From: Candidatus Latescibacterota bacterium
GTDB lineage: Bacteria > Latescibacterota > UBA2968 > GCA-2709665
Assembly (NCBI GenBank): GCA_965208835.1
Contig: OZ242358.1
Location: 3,712,001-3,776,000, forward strand
Direction of reading: 5' to 3'
Length of the DNA stretch: 64,000 bases
The position numbers and the translations under genes are program-made. Every line of letters starts with the position of its first letter. The stretch's first letter is position 1. Of this stretch, positions 1 through 10,461 are shown one piece after another. The notes under the pieces were generated by a model. It saw only the letters and a program-made list of their open reading frames with translations. It did not search any database and was not told where the DNA came from.

Positions 1-2
1 CC

Positions 3-542
3 GTGAGTGACGTACACAACCTCAGAGGTCAAGTGATATTTGTGAAACCAGCGATCGATGCCATTTCGCAATTCCGGTTCAAACCTGCGCAACGCAAAGG
101 CAAACCTGTCGCGGTGTGGATGACGCAGGCGATCAAGTTTACACCCACCGAACCAGAAGCCGTACCGGACACCGACAATGTCGTAGTCAGCGACATTCAG
201 GTCTTCGAGATTTCGGATGTAGACGTCGTGCCGGTCCAGCTGAATCTGAATGATATTCGGCCGGATTACCCGGACGCGGCAATAAAAGCGGGCTTAACAG
301 GCAGAGTGATATTGAAGTTCAAGATCAATGTGGATGGCTCCGTGAACGACGTAAACGTACTGGAAGGCGATGAGGTATTTCGCAAGCCCGCGATTGATGC
401 AGTCAAACGATTCAGGTACAAACCGGCCGAACGTGACGGCAATCCTGTACCCGTCTGGATGACGATGCCAATTAAATTTGCGCTTCCCGAAGATCAGGAG
501 GACACAGTTCCCGAAACCGGAGAGCCCGGCGTCGGGAATTAG
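3..542 (+). CDS. TonB family energy transducer, 5'-truncated, at least two tandem TonB C-terminal domains
   Basis: Two copies of the TonB_C signature (F.KPAIDA...RFKPA.R.G.PV.VWMT..IKF) plus 'PDYPDAA..AG..GRVILKF.I..DGSV'; begins at the window edge. Confidence 0.85.
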   Translation: MSDVHNLRGQVIFVKPAIDAISQFRFKPAQRKGKPVAVWMTQAIKFTPTEPEAVPDTDNVVVSDIQVFEISDVDVVPVQLNLNDIRPDYPDAAIKAGLTGRVILKFKINVDGSVNDVNVLEGDEVFRKPAIDAVKRFRYKPAERDGNPVPVWMTMPIKFALPEDQEDTVPETGEPGVGN

Positions 543-744
543 CGAACTATGGCATGTCACGGCTGTCCAAGATAATTTGGAAAAGTCGATTTTGGACAGG
601 TGTGATGGCATGGTTTATTTGTGACGCTGACGCCGATTTCAGGGGTTGGTTCGGATTTCTTCCCTTGTTGTACGACTGAGATTTGCCTATTTTTGAGTAC
701 TGATGAGAATTTAATGGGAAAAGAAAAATGGAGTCGGTCAAGAT

Positions 745-792
745 TTGTCAATTCAATTCGAGTGGGATGAGAGGAAATCCAGCGAGAATCAT
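745..792 (+). pseudogene. BrnT-type toxin 5' remnant (16 codons)
   Basis: '(M)SIQFEWDERKSSENH' matches the typical BrnT N-terminus (xFEWDxxKxxxN); the rest of the toxin is missing. Confidence 0.55.
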
Positions 793-1038
793 ATGAGAGG
801 CAGGAAAGATAGCAAGGTGCGAACGGAATATGATTTCTCTGAAGGCGTTCGAGGAAGGCATTTTAAGGCTTACCGTGCGGGACACACGGTTGAGATAACA
901 ACACAGGACGGATCAATCGAAACCCGCTGCTTTACCGAAGAAGACGGATCTGTCATGTTGGATCCCGATTTAAAACGGCATTTCCCGGATTCCAAATCCG
1001 TGAACAAAGCGCTACGTTCCCTTATCAAGGAATCGTGA
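793..1038 (+). CDS. BrnA/CopG-like antitoxin
   Basis: 'EYDFSEGVRG' and 'VMLDPDLKRHFPDSKSVNKALRSLI' are characteristic of antitoxins paired with BrnT-type toxins; ATG at 793. Confidence 0.7.
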   Translation: MRGRKDSKVRTEYDFSEGVRGRHFKAYRAGHTVEITTQDGSIETRCFTEEDGSVMLDPDLKRHFPDSKSVNKALRSLIKES

Positions 1039-1194
1039 ACTCTGGCATTTCGCCCGTCCGTCACGAATATGGTGCAGCCTTTCGAAACGCAATGCTAAAC
1101 GCCTCAGCCGCACCCTCCACATCCGATTCCTGGATCAGTCCCGCATTGCTGCATACCGCCACTCGTCCGACCGCGCTTCAGCAAATATCCACAG

Positions 1195-1228
1195 GAAAGC
1201 CCGGCAGGTGATCCCTCGCCGGGCTTTC
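1195..1228. terminator. Intrinsic terminator-like hairpin between convergent genes
   Basis: GAAAGCCCGGC...GCCGGGCTTTC inverted repeat. Confidence 0.55.
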
Positions 1229-1342
1229 TAAATTTGAGACAGTGGATTCTTGCGAAAATGAAGGGGGCCGTAAACGACGACGGGTTCTGATGCGGTCAAG
1301 AATCTCTACCTGCACAGATTGACGACTGTTGGACGGACGCAG

Positions 1343-2530
1343 CTACTTTTCCATGGGCGATCGCATCAGGTTGTAATACACGTCTACGCCTGAGTTCAAC
1401 TGCCCAATATCGATCCACTCGTCCGCCGTGTGTCCTTGCGCAATGTCACCCGGACCAAGTACGACCGCGGGGATGCCCGCACGGCTGAAGCTGCTGGCGT
1501 CCGTACCATAGCCGACGCCAGTCAGGCCGTCCGGAAGTCCCAGCGATTTCAGCACAGAAGCCGCGAATGCGCCGAACGCTCTCCCGCCGGCCGGGTCCAG
1601 CGGACTATCCACCATATCGGGCGTTTCCTGAACGACCGTCAAATCTGGATTGTCCGCCCGAAGTTCCTCCAGAATGCGTTCCACCGCCGGAATGACCGTA
1701 TCCGGGTTCTCGCCCGGCACCACGCGACGGTCCACGTGGATTTCGCAGTGTTCCGGTATCATGTTGATCTGGGTGCCGCCGTGTATGAGATTGATGCTGC
1801 ACTGCGCAGCACCTGTGAGGGGATGTTCTGACGTCAGTTGCGAAATGTAACGCTCCTCAAGCGCCCCGATCACCCCCGTCATCATGCGAATGGCGGACCG
1901 CCCACGGGAGGGATCCGAAGAGTGAACCGCCACGCCCGCCGTCCGAATCCGCCAGCGTACGACGCCGTTGTGCGCAACCACGGCTCGCAGCCTTGTGGGC
2001 TCCCCCACGATCACACCCGCCGGCCGCCAGGCCAGTTCCGGCATTTGCGACGCCACAAACGTGCGTACACCCGTCTTCCCGACCTCTTCGTCCAGGGTAT
2101 ACAGGATCGCCACGTTGTTCGGGCCGTTTCGCCGACGGTATCGTGAAAGTGCCCAGAGCATTGCCGCGCCGGTTCCCTTCGTATCGCACGTTCCCCGGCC
2201 GTACATTCTCCCGTCCACAACCCGCCCCTCGAACGGGTCCACCGTCATCCCGTCCACACTCACTGTATCCAGGTGGCTTTCAAACAGCAGCCACGGGGCT
2301 CGAGCGTCCACCTGGTGAGAGACCAGCAGATTGAATCCGTCCCCCGTCACCGGCAGCCGGCGCGTATCCAGCCCCATCGCAAGAGCCTGCCCCTCCATAT
2401 ACACCGACAGCGCCCGTTCAGCGTGTGGCTTCCCCGAAATCGCCGAATTCACGGTGTCGAACCCCACCATCGCCTGGAGCAGGGATTCGCATGAGTCGTG
2501 GATTCCTGAGGCCATCCCGCCCCTGTTCAT
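1343..2530 (-). CDS. M20 family metallopeptidase / ArgE-DapE-like deacylase
   Basis: SHLDTV, GRGTCDTKG, DEE, GEPT, GTDA and H.ADE motifs; ATGA overlap with the upstream gene. Confidence 0.9.
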   Translation of the reverse strand: MNRGGMASGIHDSCESLLQAMVGFDTVNSAISGKPHAERALSVYMEGQALAMGLDTRRLPVTGDGFNLLVSHQVDARAPWLLFESHLDTVSVDGMTVDPFEGRVVDGRMYGRGTCDTKGTGAAMLWALSRYRRRNGPNNVAILYTLDEEVGKTGVRTFVASQMPELAWRPAGVIVGEPTRLRAVVAHNGVVRWRIRTAGVAVHSSDPSRGRSAIRMMTGVIGALEERYISQLTSEHPLTGAAQCSINLIHGGTQINMIPEHCEIHVDRRVVPGENPDTVIPAVERILEELRADNPDLTVVQETPDMVDSPLDPAGGRAFGAFAASVLKSLGLPDGLTGVGYGTDASSFSRAGIPAVVLGPGDIAQGHTADEWIDIGQLNSGVDVYYNLMRSPMEK

Positions 2531-3564
2531 CGCCAGCGTTCCTCGAACACGGAAATTGCTGTGCGAGCCGCCAGATTGGACGTTTCCACCCGCTCGCGGT
2601 AGCCGCCCTTCATCGTCATCCCGGTCTCTATGGTGAACGAGGGCCCGTATCTGTTCGCTCCGTAGTCCGCCAGATTCAATCCTTCGCCGCGTTCCGCTGC
2701 GATCAGCCAGAGTACGCCGCGCTCAGGCGTCTCGAAGAACGGACCAGGCGCGTACCCTTGAGGCGCAAGCTGCGCGCCCGAATCGGCGACTGCCCGAATC
2801 ATCGAATCGGCCATTCGTTTTTCCCACATCTCGTCGTCGTCATTTCGCTGGTGGCGCGCCGAGAACCAGAAACCGTCTCCGCCATACTCGTGGAGGTCCA
2901 GCGTAAGGCCAGGATTAACCCTCGCCATCACATTCCGCGCGCATCGGGATTCAACCGGCGCCCAGGGCGTATCGTGAAACCGGTTGATGTGCAACACCTC
3001 GCCCTCCGGGCTGACGATCAGCGTATACGCCCTCTGACAGGGTGCAGTGCCTTCAATGCCGGCCTCGCTCGAAGGATAGAAGATCCGTCGTCCAAACAGG
3101 GGTTCCAGGAATTCGGCACCCACCTCGAAACGTCCCAGGAGACCCGTCGTCGAATACCCGTACTCACCTATGATTGCGAGAACCGTATCTTCCTGTTCGT
3201 AAAGAACTTCGCCCCGAGATTTCAGAAGTGTCCGAACATCCTCAACCGAACCCACCTCCGGTACCTCGCCCAGACCCATGCTCAAAGCGTACCCGTACCC
3301 ATTCATCCCCATGGGATCTCGACTGGGAATCACGTAGACCTGATGCTCGGTCTGCAGTTCCGTCAGAAGCCCGACGGCCGCCCCGACGCCCGCCTGTTCC
3401 GTTGAGTGGCTGCCGGCGCTGATGAAAATCGCCGGTAGTTTATCGCCTCCCGTTCTGACACACACTACCGGCGCGCCATCCGGGGCACATCCAAGTACTT
3501 CAGGTCGATAGCCGTGGGTTTCAATCCAACCCAGAAGGTCCGCGTACCGGTCGAAAATCCGCAT
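2527..3564 (-). CDS. M14 zinc carboxypeptidase / succinylglutamate desuccinylase-like hydrolase
   Basis: HxxE (GSHSTE), NR, LDLHE and TIET motifs; start placed at MRIFD (3564) after an AAGGGGAG RBS. Confidence 0.7.
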   Translation of the reverse strand: MRIFDRYADLLGWIETHGYRPEVLGCAPDGAPVVCVRTGGDKLPAIFISAGSHSTEQAGVGAAVGLLTELQTEHQVYVIPSRDPMGMNGYGYALSMGLGEVPEVGSVEDVRTLLKSRGEVLYEQEDTVLAIIGEYGYSTTGLLGRFEVGAEFLEPLFGRRIFYPSSEAGIEGTAPCQRAYTLIVSPEGEVLHINRFHDTPWAPVESRCARNVMARVNPGLTLDLHEYGGDGFWFSARHQRNDDDEMWEKRMADSMIRAVADSGAQLAPQGYAPGPFFETPERGVLWLIAAERGEGLNLADYGANRYGPSFTIETGMTMKGGYRERVETSNLAARTAISVFEERWR

Positions 3565-3642
3565 AGAATCTCTCCCCTTTGAATCCCTGAAAGAAGCCCT
3601 CATTACTGAAAAACCGCCTGTGTAATTATGACGGTCGGGGTC

Positions 3643-6624
3643 TCAGTCTTCCGCCCCTTTCCAACCGGCATTCAATATTGTCACCGTTTCGGTTGGAATC
3701 GCCGGATAGTCCCGAACGGTAATAGCGTTCTGTGTGGCCGATTCAATCTCGAATCCCGTCTGTGGTGTCGTGCCGGTCAGTAGAAAGGCACCTGCGACGC
3801 GCCCGGGATCGGATATCGGTTCCGCAAGATGGAAGGTCCGCTCTTCGACGGACCGGACGCTCAACGTCGTGCTTGCCTCGGCCAGTGAAACGGATAGTTC
3901 GCCACACGCCAACTCCGTTCCATTCAGCAGATACGCCTGGACGGCGCGACCCTGCCCGTCCACCGATGCGAATCCGAATCGACCCGCCAGGCGCACGGGA
4001 CCGTACTGGCGCTGTTCCAGGTCCATTGACGATATGATATAGTCGGTGCGGCCGTGCAACTGAACCTCGATTGCCACAACGCCTGTTGCAGGATCGTCTT
4101 CGATCAATCGCGCACCAACTACCGGCGAGCTTCCCGAGTCGTAAGGAACGACTAATGTGGCATACCGGCTTGAGAGCGGCATGCCCTCGTCACCGGCCCG
4201 GTTCTCCGCCAGAATATGCCCTACGGAGGGCTGTTCCAATTCTTCGGTTGTGAATATCCGCCAGCCCGGTGCATCGGCGATCACCATCCGCTGCGGCGTA
4301 TTGAGCACCATCAGATCCAGGTTCACGCCGCGATGTTCCCAGCTGAACGTCGCGGATTTTTCAGGCGAAACCCCCCGCGGATTTTCCAGCCATTCGGCCC
4401 AGACTTCGGAGAGTGTTTTCGATTCGTACGTGGAGAGATCGGGAACACCGCGGGCCAGCGTTCCGTTGCACTGAAAGCCGTACTGATGGGTTCGCCCACC
4501 TCTGACCCGGAAAACATCTACGACGTATTTCCGGTCCTCCGGCGCGTCCACCATAACGCAAACACGCTGGTAGACGTCGCACTGCGGATAGACGTTTACG
4601 CCCGAAGCCTGTACCACCTCGATGCCCGGCGCCAGGCCGAAAAGCTCGAGGTTCGAGCCGCATTCGCTTCGCCGTTGATCTTCTTCGTCGACAACCACCA
4701 GATTGTGAGAAAGGGTGCTTTTCATCCATCTCTGACCGCTCCGACCGTCCGGAAGGCGCTGATCGCTGCCTGAAAAATACCCGCGGTCCGATACCATTTC
4801 CGCTCCGTACGCGTACACGCTCAGACTCAACACGTCCTGATGCCGATGACCCGTCTGCACCGTCCACTGATGTTCGTTGCCGTTCAGAAAGAGCGCGGTA
4901 TCGCTGGCGCCCCGACCACCGCGCAATACCCCGACGTGCCATCCCGGAAACCACTCGGAACGAAGCGGCAGTTCCGCGGCGTCCGCCCTGAGATCCGGGG
5001 GAAGATACCACAACGCATACTCCCTGCCTCTTTCGGACAATTTCGCGCCTTGAACCTGCTCCAGCAATCCAGCATAAGCCCCCCCGATGCGAGCGGCCAG
5101 CATCTCCAGGGAAAGAAGGTCCGCCGTCGCAATGTATTGCGTATCTCCGATCACAGGCATCCGGTTTCCCGGGGCCAGCGATCTGACCAGTGACACCAGC
5201 GAATCATGGAATCGCCCGCTGGAGAAGATGTCCAGCGAATCGATCCGTTCTCCTTCATCGGATAGGTACCCGGGCGGGTCGCTGTATCCATGCAGCAGGT
5301 CGGCCAGTTCGTGCACATTTGAGAGGTTGTGGGCCGAATAGGACGGACACTCGGCGTAGAATCCATCGTGGTGGTAGCGCTCGTCCAGCATTCGGCGGAA
5401 GCCGTCCAGTGCGCGACGGACACGGTCCGGATGCCCGAAACGCATCCCCACACCCGCGCTCAACACGAAGACGGCTGTGCCCTTGTTGGAGAGTGAGTTC
5501 CAGTGCTCCATATCCGCACAACCGGCCAGGATCAGATCATCCAGAATGCGACGTTCCGTGACCTCATCCAGCACCCGGCGGCCATCCGGATACGATGCGT
5601 CGCCAATCAGGTCATACGCGACCAGCAACGAGAACAGCGGGCCGGCATCGCTCCCCTTCCCGTGCACGCGCAGGTGCCCCGCGCCCCAGAACCCGTTGTT
5701 CAGCGTGGAATAAGTCTCAAACTGATGCAAGCCGTAAGCGTGCCGTACAGCACCCGGTGGAAACCGCCCGCCCGTGGGTCCGCCCGCCAACTCTTCACCG
5801 CCCATATTGGCCGCCACTTCCGCGGGCGGCAGGTCGGCGATACTGCCGTCGTACGAATGGTAGAGATAATTCGGATAAACACGAGCGAATCTGTCCAGAA
5901 TCCAGACCACCCGTTCAGCGTACCTGGCCTCGCCTGAAACGGCAAACAACTTCGCCAGCGTCAAAGCCTGACCCGTTGCCCAGCCCACCTTGCAATCTCG
6001 AATATGCCCCGTGAAACTCGTCATCGTGGGACGTTCGCCTAGCCACTTGAGCGCATGTTTGGCCCTGTTATCGGGATCGGCCACTTCTTCAGGCGTCTGG
6101 TAATACGTAAACCGCTGCCCCATACGAGGGCATTCCAGAACGCCGGTTTCAGGATACCGCGCATTCGGGTAAACCGTCCCGCAGACACTGCACGAGATTT
6201 CATCCGGACGCTCTATGGTCCAGTTGAACCGCCCGCCTCCCATCAGCGACAGCTTCCCCACGCAGTGGGGGCAGTTCTGGCCATAATGGGTTCCGGGCGT
6301 CAACTCCGGAATCAGCGCCTCGAAAAACCCGCGGTCCTGCCGCATCGAAAGCGCGACATCTCTCTCCCATCCCTCCACGATACCCTTCGCCCAATCGTAG
6401 CGGACCACGTTTCGGCGAGCGTTTTCAATATCCGCGGATTTGTACAACGTCCGGGGACCGGCGCACGCGCTTCTGGTTGCCGCCAGGAGTACTGCCGGAA
6501 GGATGAACAGGAACACGAGAATATGGAATCGCAAGAACCAGGTGTCGATCAACGCCGACTGTACACCGGGTAGTGCAACCGCCCATGCCATCGACCCCAG
6601 ACATGTGAGATTTAACTGCCACAT
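3643..6624 (-). CDS. Heparinase II/III-like (alginate-lyase-fold) protein
   Basis: DGFYAE.PSY, P.IGD, GHRHQD.LS, DRGY, SHNLVVVD motifs; N-terminal hydrophobic segment; AGGAG RBS. Confidence 0.8.
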   Translation of the reverse strand: MWQLNLTCLGSMAWAVALPGVQSALIDTWFLRFHILVFLFILPAVLLAATRSACAGPRTLYKSADIENARRNVVRYDWAKGIVEGWERDVALSMRQDRGFFEALIPELTPGTHYGQNCPHCVGKLSLMGGGRFNWTIERPDEISCSVCGTVYPNARYPETGVLECPRMGQRFTYYQTPEEVADPDNRAKHALKWLGERPTMTSFTGHIRDCKVGWATGQALTLAKLFAVSGEARYAERVVWILDRFARVYPNYLYHSYDGSIADLPPAEVAANMGGEELAGGPTGGRFPPGAVRHAYGLHQFETYSTLNNGFWGAGHLRVHGKGSDAGPLFSLLVAYDLIGDASYPDGRRVLDEVTERRILDDLILAGCADMEHWNSLSNKGTAVFVLSAGVGMRFGHPDRVRRALDGFRRMLDERYHHDGFYAECPSYSAHNLSNVHELADLLHGYSDPPGYLSDEGERIDSLDIFSSGRFHDSLVSLVRSLAPGNRMPVIGDTQYIATADLLSLEMLAARIGGAYAGLLEQVQGAKLSERGREYALWYLPPDLRADAAELPLRSEWFPGWHVGVLRGGRGASDTALFLNGNEHQWTVQTGHRHQDVLSLSVYAYGAEMVSDRGYFSGSDQRLPDGRSGQRWMKSTLSHNLVVVDEEDQRRSECGSNLELFGLAPGIEVVQASGVNVYPQCDVYQRVCVMVDAPEDRKYVVDVFRVRGGRTHQYGFQCNGTLARGVPDLSTYESKTLSEVWAEWLENPRGVSPEKSATFSWEHRGVNLDLMVLNTPQRMVIADAPGWRIFTTEELEQPSVGHILAENRAGDEGMPLSSRYATLVVPYDSGSSPVVGARLIEDDPATGVVAIEVQLHGRTDYIISSMDLEQRQYGPVRLAGRFGFASVDGQGRAVQAYLLNGTELACGELSVSLAEASTTLSVRSVEERTFHLAEPISDPGRVAGAFLLTGTTPQTGFEIESATQNAITVRDYPAIPTETVTILNAGWKGAED

Positions 6625-6635
6625 GACGATTTCTC

Positions 6636-7463
6636 CTATGGGTTGCGGCCATAGAGGGAGTCCGCCGTCTTTCCCAATATCCAGGCCCTGTCATCGTCAG
6701 CGAGAAAATCCATCGCTTCTTCGATCACACGGAAGCCGACGGCCTCGCCACGCTGAGGGTCTTCGGGGAATCCAGTACATCCCAGCATCCGTCGGGACCC
6801 GAACGCGTCGTAAACGGCCTCGACATACTGATGGACGTCTTCGTGCGGCCATGGCTTCTCCGATATCCCGTCAATCCTGGTGGCTTTCACGTAGAGATTC
6901 GGATACTTTGCGGCCGCGAGCAGGTGCCGAAAACTCCCGTCCAGGCCTTCGGACAGGACGGGCTCCCCCAGGTGATCCACGATCACGTTTACGTCCGGGA
7001 ATCGCTGCAACATCGGTTCAAGCAATCGAATCTGATTGCAGCGGCCGAACCACGTGAACGGGACGCCCAGCCTCTTCGCGGTCTCCCAGAGCGCCGTCTG
7101 ATCGTCACGTGACAACCATGATGCGTCTTTATCCTTTATTGGATACAACCGCATCCCCTGCACGCCGTGCTCGCCGTGGAGCCGTTCCAGCTTTTCGGCC
7201 GCGCCCGGTCTTACGGGGTCGATCAGCGCCACGCCGTGCAGACGATCGGGAAATCGCCGCATGCAGTCACACATGTAACTGTTGTCGTACCCATGATACA
7301 TGCACTGGATGAGTACGGTACGGTCGATGCCGTTCAGGTCCATGTAGCTGATGAGGTCCTCCACCAGACCCGGATATACCGGCCGGCTCGCTGACATCTC
7401 ATCGTTATGCGTAAACGGCGGCGAACCCATCGTCCACACGTGCACGTGAGAATCGATACGCAT
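6636..7463 (-). CDS. Amidohydrolase_2 family (lactonase-like)
   Basis: IDSHVHVW, IVDHLGEP, G.R.L.(G/C)T.FP motifs; start MRIDSH. Confidence 0.85.
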   Translation of the reverse strand: MRIDSHVHVWTMGSPPFTHNDEMSASRPVYPGLVEDLISYMDLNGIDRTVLIQCMYHGYDNSYMCDCMRRFPDRLHGVALIDPVRPGAAEKLERLHGEHGVQGMRLYPIKDKDASWLSRDDQTALWETAKRLGVPFTWFGRCNQIRLLEPMLQRFPDVNVIVDHLGEPVLSEGLDGSFRHLLAAAKYPNLYVKATRIDGISEKPWPHEDVHQYVEAVYDAFGSRRMLGCTGFPEDPQRGEAVGFRVIEEAMDFLADDDRAWILGKTADSLYGRNP

Positions 7464-7501
7464 AGGTTCCTCCAATCAGGAAAAGAGTCCGGCCTTCTCA
7501 T

Positions 7502-8410
7502 TCACGACGCGTCTTCCCCTACAAGTCTGCACAATGCGTCCAGGGTAATGCCCTCCGGACGCAAACCCATCCGGCAGCAGCCGTCCATGATTGTACGGAG
7601 GATGAGTTCAAGATTCAACCGTGCCGGATGATCGGGATCCAGGTATTCCTGGTCGTTATGGCTGTCCGTCACGATCACCGGAAACCGGGGCTCGTCGACA
7701 ACGAACCGCTCCAGCACGTTCCGGATAACCGCCGCGTGATCGTACGGATGCGGTACATAGGACCATTCATAACCCTGTTCGCCTGCGTGTCCACGTCGAA
7801 CCGGCCGCCCTAACGCCACGGATACCGGGACATTGACCAGATTGGTTTTCCCTGCGATCAGGCGGCATCCCGAATGCGCCCGGTGCGGATAGTTCTGTGC
7901 CCCCTCCCAGACGCTATGGTGCCCGGGCAGGACTCGCCCCGGATTGGACAGACTGCCCCCGGCGAAACCGAGTTGGTTCAGCACGCCGACAGTGTCATCA
8001 CTGGCGGAAAAGTAGCCCGCCCTGAAGTAACGGGGTGGGATGCCCAGCGCGGATTCCCAAACCTGCATGGCTTCGCTAACGATCCCCGACTGCTCTCCGG
8101 CGGAATACGCCCCGAGGTCAAGCCGGTATTTCAGGTGCCTGAGCTTGTACGGGTGTACATGCAGCCCCAGACATGCGCCGCGGTTCCGCAAGTCCAGGAG
8201 CAGTTCCGCGTTCTCGAGCGCCACCTCGGGATGCGCAAGAAGCGTGACAGGATATCCGTACTTCGCTGCCGTCTCCGCGTATCCGCAAATCGATCGTGCG
8301 CTCTCCTTGTAGTCGGCCGGACCGCTCCCGGACATCCGGATTGCATAGGGCGTTAGGTCCGATCTGGCGGTCTCGCAGTCCATCGTCAGCAGAACGTAAA
8401 TCGTCCGCAA
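7502..8410 (-). CDS. Polysaccharide deacetylase / NodB-like fold protein
   Basis: LTMDCE, GLHVHP, FRAG motifs; TTG start near 8410 after AGAGG. Confidence 0.65.
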   Translation of the reverse strand: MRTIYVLLTMDCETARSDLTPYAIRMSGSGPADYKESARSICGYAETAAKYGYPVTLLAHPEVALENAELLLDLRNRGACLGLHVHPYKLRHLKYRLDLGAYSAGEQSGIVSEAMQVWESALGIPPRYFRAGYFSASDDTVGVLNQLGFAGGSLSNPGRVLPGHHSVWEGAQNYPHRAHSGCRLIAGKTNLVNVPVSVALGRPVRRGHAGEQGYEWSYVPHPYDHAAVIRNVLERFVVDEPRFPVIVTDSHNDQEYLDPDHPARLNLELILRTIMDGCCRMGLRPEGITLDALCRLVGEDAS

Positions 8411-8473
8411 ATCGTACCTCTGCCCAACGCACCGCACAAATGGGAACTTTTACACGCCGAAAATCGCCTGGCT

Positions 8474-9364
8474 CTATCCACGCCAATCCATATCGATGCT
8501 GGTGTAGCCATGCGTATATTTCACTAAATGGTCCGGCAGATTCTCCAGAAACCATCGTCCGGACTGAGGGATTTCCCATGGAACATCGATACCGTGCCTG
8601 CGGTCCCGGAAACCGACGCCACACGACAGTCTCGGCTCTTGCAGCCGGTTGGGAAACGCGCCATGGTACGTCCGGTGGGCAAATACGATCATATCACCGC
8701 CATCTGTAAACAGAGGCACAAGGCCGGGAACATCAAAACCGGCATGTGGCCGCTCTTCCTCGCCTTCGGGATAAAACGACCGCCTGTCGGCCGTCATCCT
8801 GAACCCCTCGGGACCGTCCCAATCTTTCACGTGGGAGTCTTCGATGACACACAGACCACCATGAACCGGGCGGGACCCCGTCAGGTAAAACCACTTGCCA
8901 GACGGCCACAGACCGCGATTCAACACATCACCCGAATTCCTGATCTCCGTCGAATACCCGCACCAATCCGTATGCCAGGCCACAGGTTGAGACCCCGGCA
9001 TGCGAATGATCGCGGCCGACCGATGTAAGGTGAGATCGTCCGTACCGATCAGATGACGATGAATATCCATGAACGGTTCAAACTCCAGGAGCGACCATGC
9101 TCCGGGCCCGGATTCAACCCACGCATGGCGCGTACTGCTCTGACCCGGTGTCAGCGCGCCGTCCGGATCCGTGCCGTCCCACACCGCCTGTTTGACCTCC
9201 TCAACGCGTTCCGGCGGCAGCACGTGTTTGATGACCGCGAATCCATGCGCCTCCAGGCATTCGCTCATTGCGTTCAGATCCCCTGCGTCAAACTCATACT
9301 GATATCCGGTGTCCGGCTTCATCACGTGTGAATAATCGTCCATCGCTATGTCGCTTTCGTTCAA
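8474..9364 (-). CDS. Phytanoyl-CoA dioxygenase (PhyH) family Fe(II)/2OG oxygenase
   Basis: HGFAVI, WHTD, GGLCVI..SH, GD..VF....YHG..PN...PR. Confidence 0.85.
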   Translation of the reverse strand: MNESDIAMDDYSHVMKPDTGYQYEFDAGDLNAMSECLEAHGFAVIKHVLPPERVEEVKQAVWDGTDPDGALTPGQSSTRHAWVESGPGAWSLLEFEPFMDIHRHLIGTDDLTLHRSAAIIRMPGSQPVAWHTDWCGYSTEIRNSGDVLNRGLWPSGKWFYLTGSRPVHGGLCVIEDSHVKDWDGPEGFRMTADRRSFYPEGEEERPHAGFDVPGLVPLFTDGGDMIVFAHRTYHGAFPNRLQEPRLSCGVGFRDRRHGIDVPWEIPQSGRWFLENLPDHLVKYTHGYTSIDMDWRG

Positions 9365-9454
9365 CGTTCATTTCGCCATGCCGGTTTACGTGCCGACCTT
9401 CACGCCGTCGCACGACGGAATTTCAACGTGTCGGGAGACCGGGCTGACAGACTC

Positions 9455-10264
9455 TCAATCCCCTACGGAGGTTCGCATCATTGGATCTTTCGATCCCAGA
9501 TAATGGTCCAGCGTATTCCGGGTTGCCGGCCGTGTACGGAAATCGGCGATCCACGGCTCACGAAAATAAGCCTGTTTCTCTCGCGGCAGACTGTCAAGTA
9601 CGTCCGGAGGCACATTCAGCCGGTGCCAGTGCGTTGCCAGGTGCGAATAGGCGTGAAGGACGGCAATACGCGGCGTATCCCGGGTCCATTCCGGCCCGGC
9701 GTGGCACACGTTCTCGGTGAAAAATACGGCGCTTCCCGCGGGGCAGGCATATCCCATCAGATACGGGCTTCGCTTACCCGGCTCCATCGAAAGGTGCTCG
9801 GGATGCATGTCAAAATTCGCCTTATGGCTGCCGACGATGAAGTGCGTGCCCCCGTCTTCCGGTTGCACCTCCGTCAACTCGAAGACCACGCGTACCATCC
9901 CGGCGTGAATCCGTCCGTTCTGACAGCGGTATCCGAATATCGGATCGATCTGGCTCGGCCCTCCACCGTGGAGGCCGCCGCCGTGGGACTCCCCTTTCTT
10001 ACGCCATACGCAGTAACAGCCTTCCATTCGAATCTCGGGCCCGATAATCTCTTGCAGGACCTCCACGACCTTCGGGTGATCGATCAGAACGCTCGACGGT
10101 CCTCCCGGGACCGTACGATGTTCCGGCGGCAGTGCGCCGGGATCATGCACGATGCGATCGATCTGCTCGACGATGGATTCGATCTCATGCTGATTCAGAA
10201 TGGCCGGTCGCACCAGAAAGCCCGTCAGATCGAAACGAAACTTCTCTTCATCCGTCATGCCCAT
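9455..10264 (-). CDS. Phytanoyl-CoA dioxygenase (PhyH) family protein
   Basis: MTDEEKF.FDL.GF, LHGG, GG...I.GSHKANF, AGS.VFF.E..CHA; GGAGG RBS before 10264. Confidence 0.85.
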   Translation of the reverse strand: MGMTDEEKFRFDLTGFLVRPAILNQHEIESIVEQIDRIVHDPGALPPEHRTVPGGPSSVLIDHPKVVEVLQEIIGPEIRMEGCYCVWRKKGESHGGGLHGGGPSQIDPIFGYRCQNGRIHAGMVRVVFELTEVQPEDGGTHFIVGSHKANFDMHPEHLSMEPGKRSPYLMGYACPAGSAVFFTENVCHAGPEWTRDTPRIAVLHAYSHLATHWHRLNVPPDVLDSLPREKQAYFREPWIADFRTRPATRNTLDHYLGSKDPMMRTSVGD

Positions 10265-10461
10265 CTCGATTCCTCCGCAGTATGGTTCGCTGTTCGCCCG
10301 CCCGCCTGACCGCAATATATGCAAACGCCGGAAGCCGACAAACTCACTTCGCAGGGTCCCCACCCGGATCCGGAAAATCCTTTCCGGGAGGTACGCAGAT
10401 GTTATCTTGTCATCTGACGGGAAGGTTGGAAAGGGTACTCGGGAACAAAGGAGGAGGCGGG

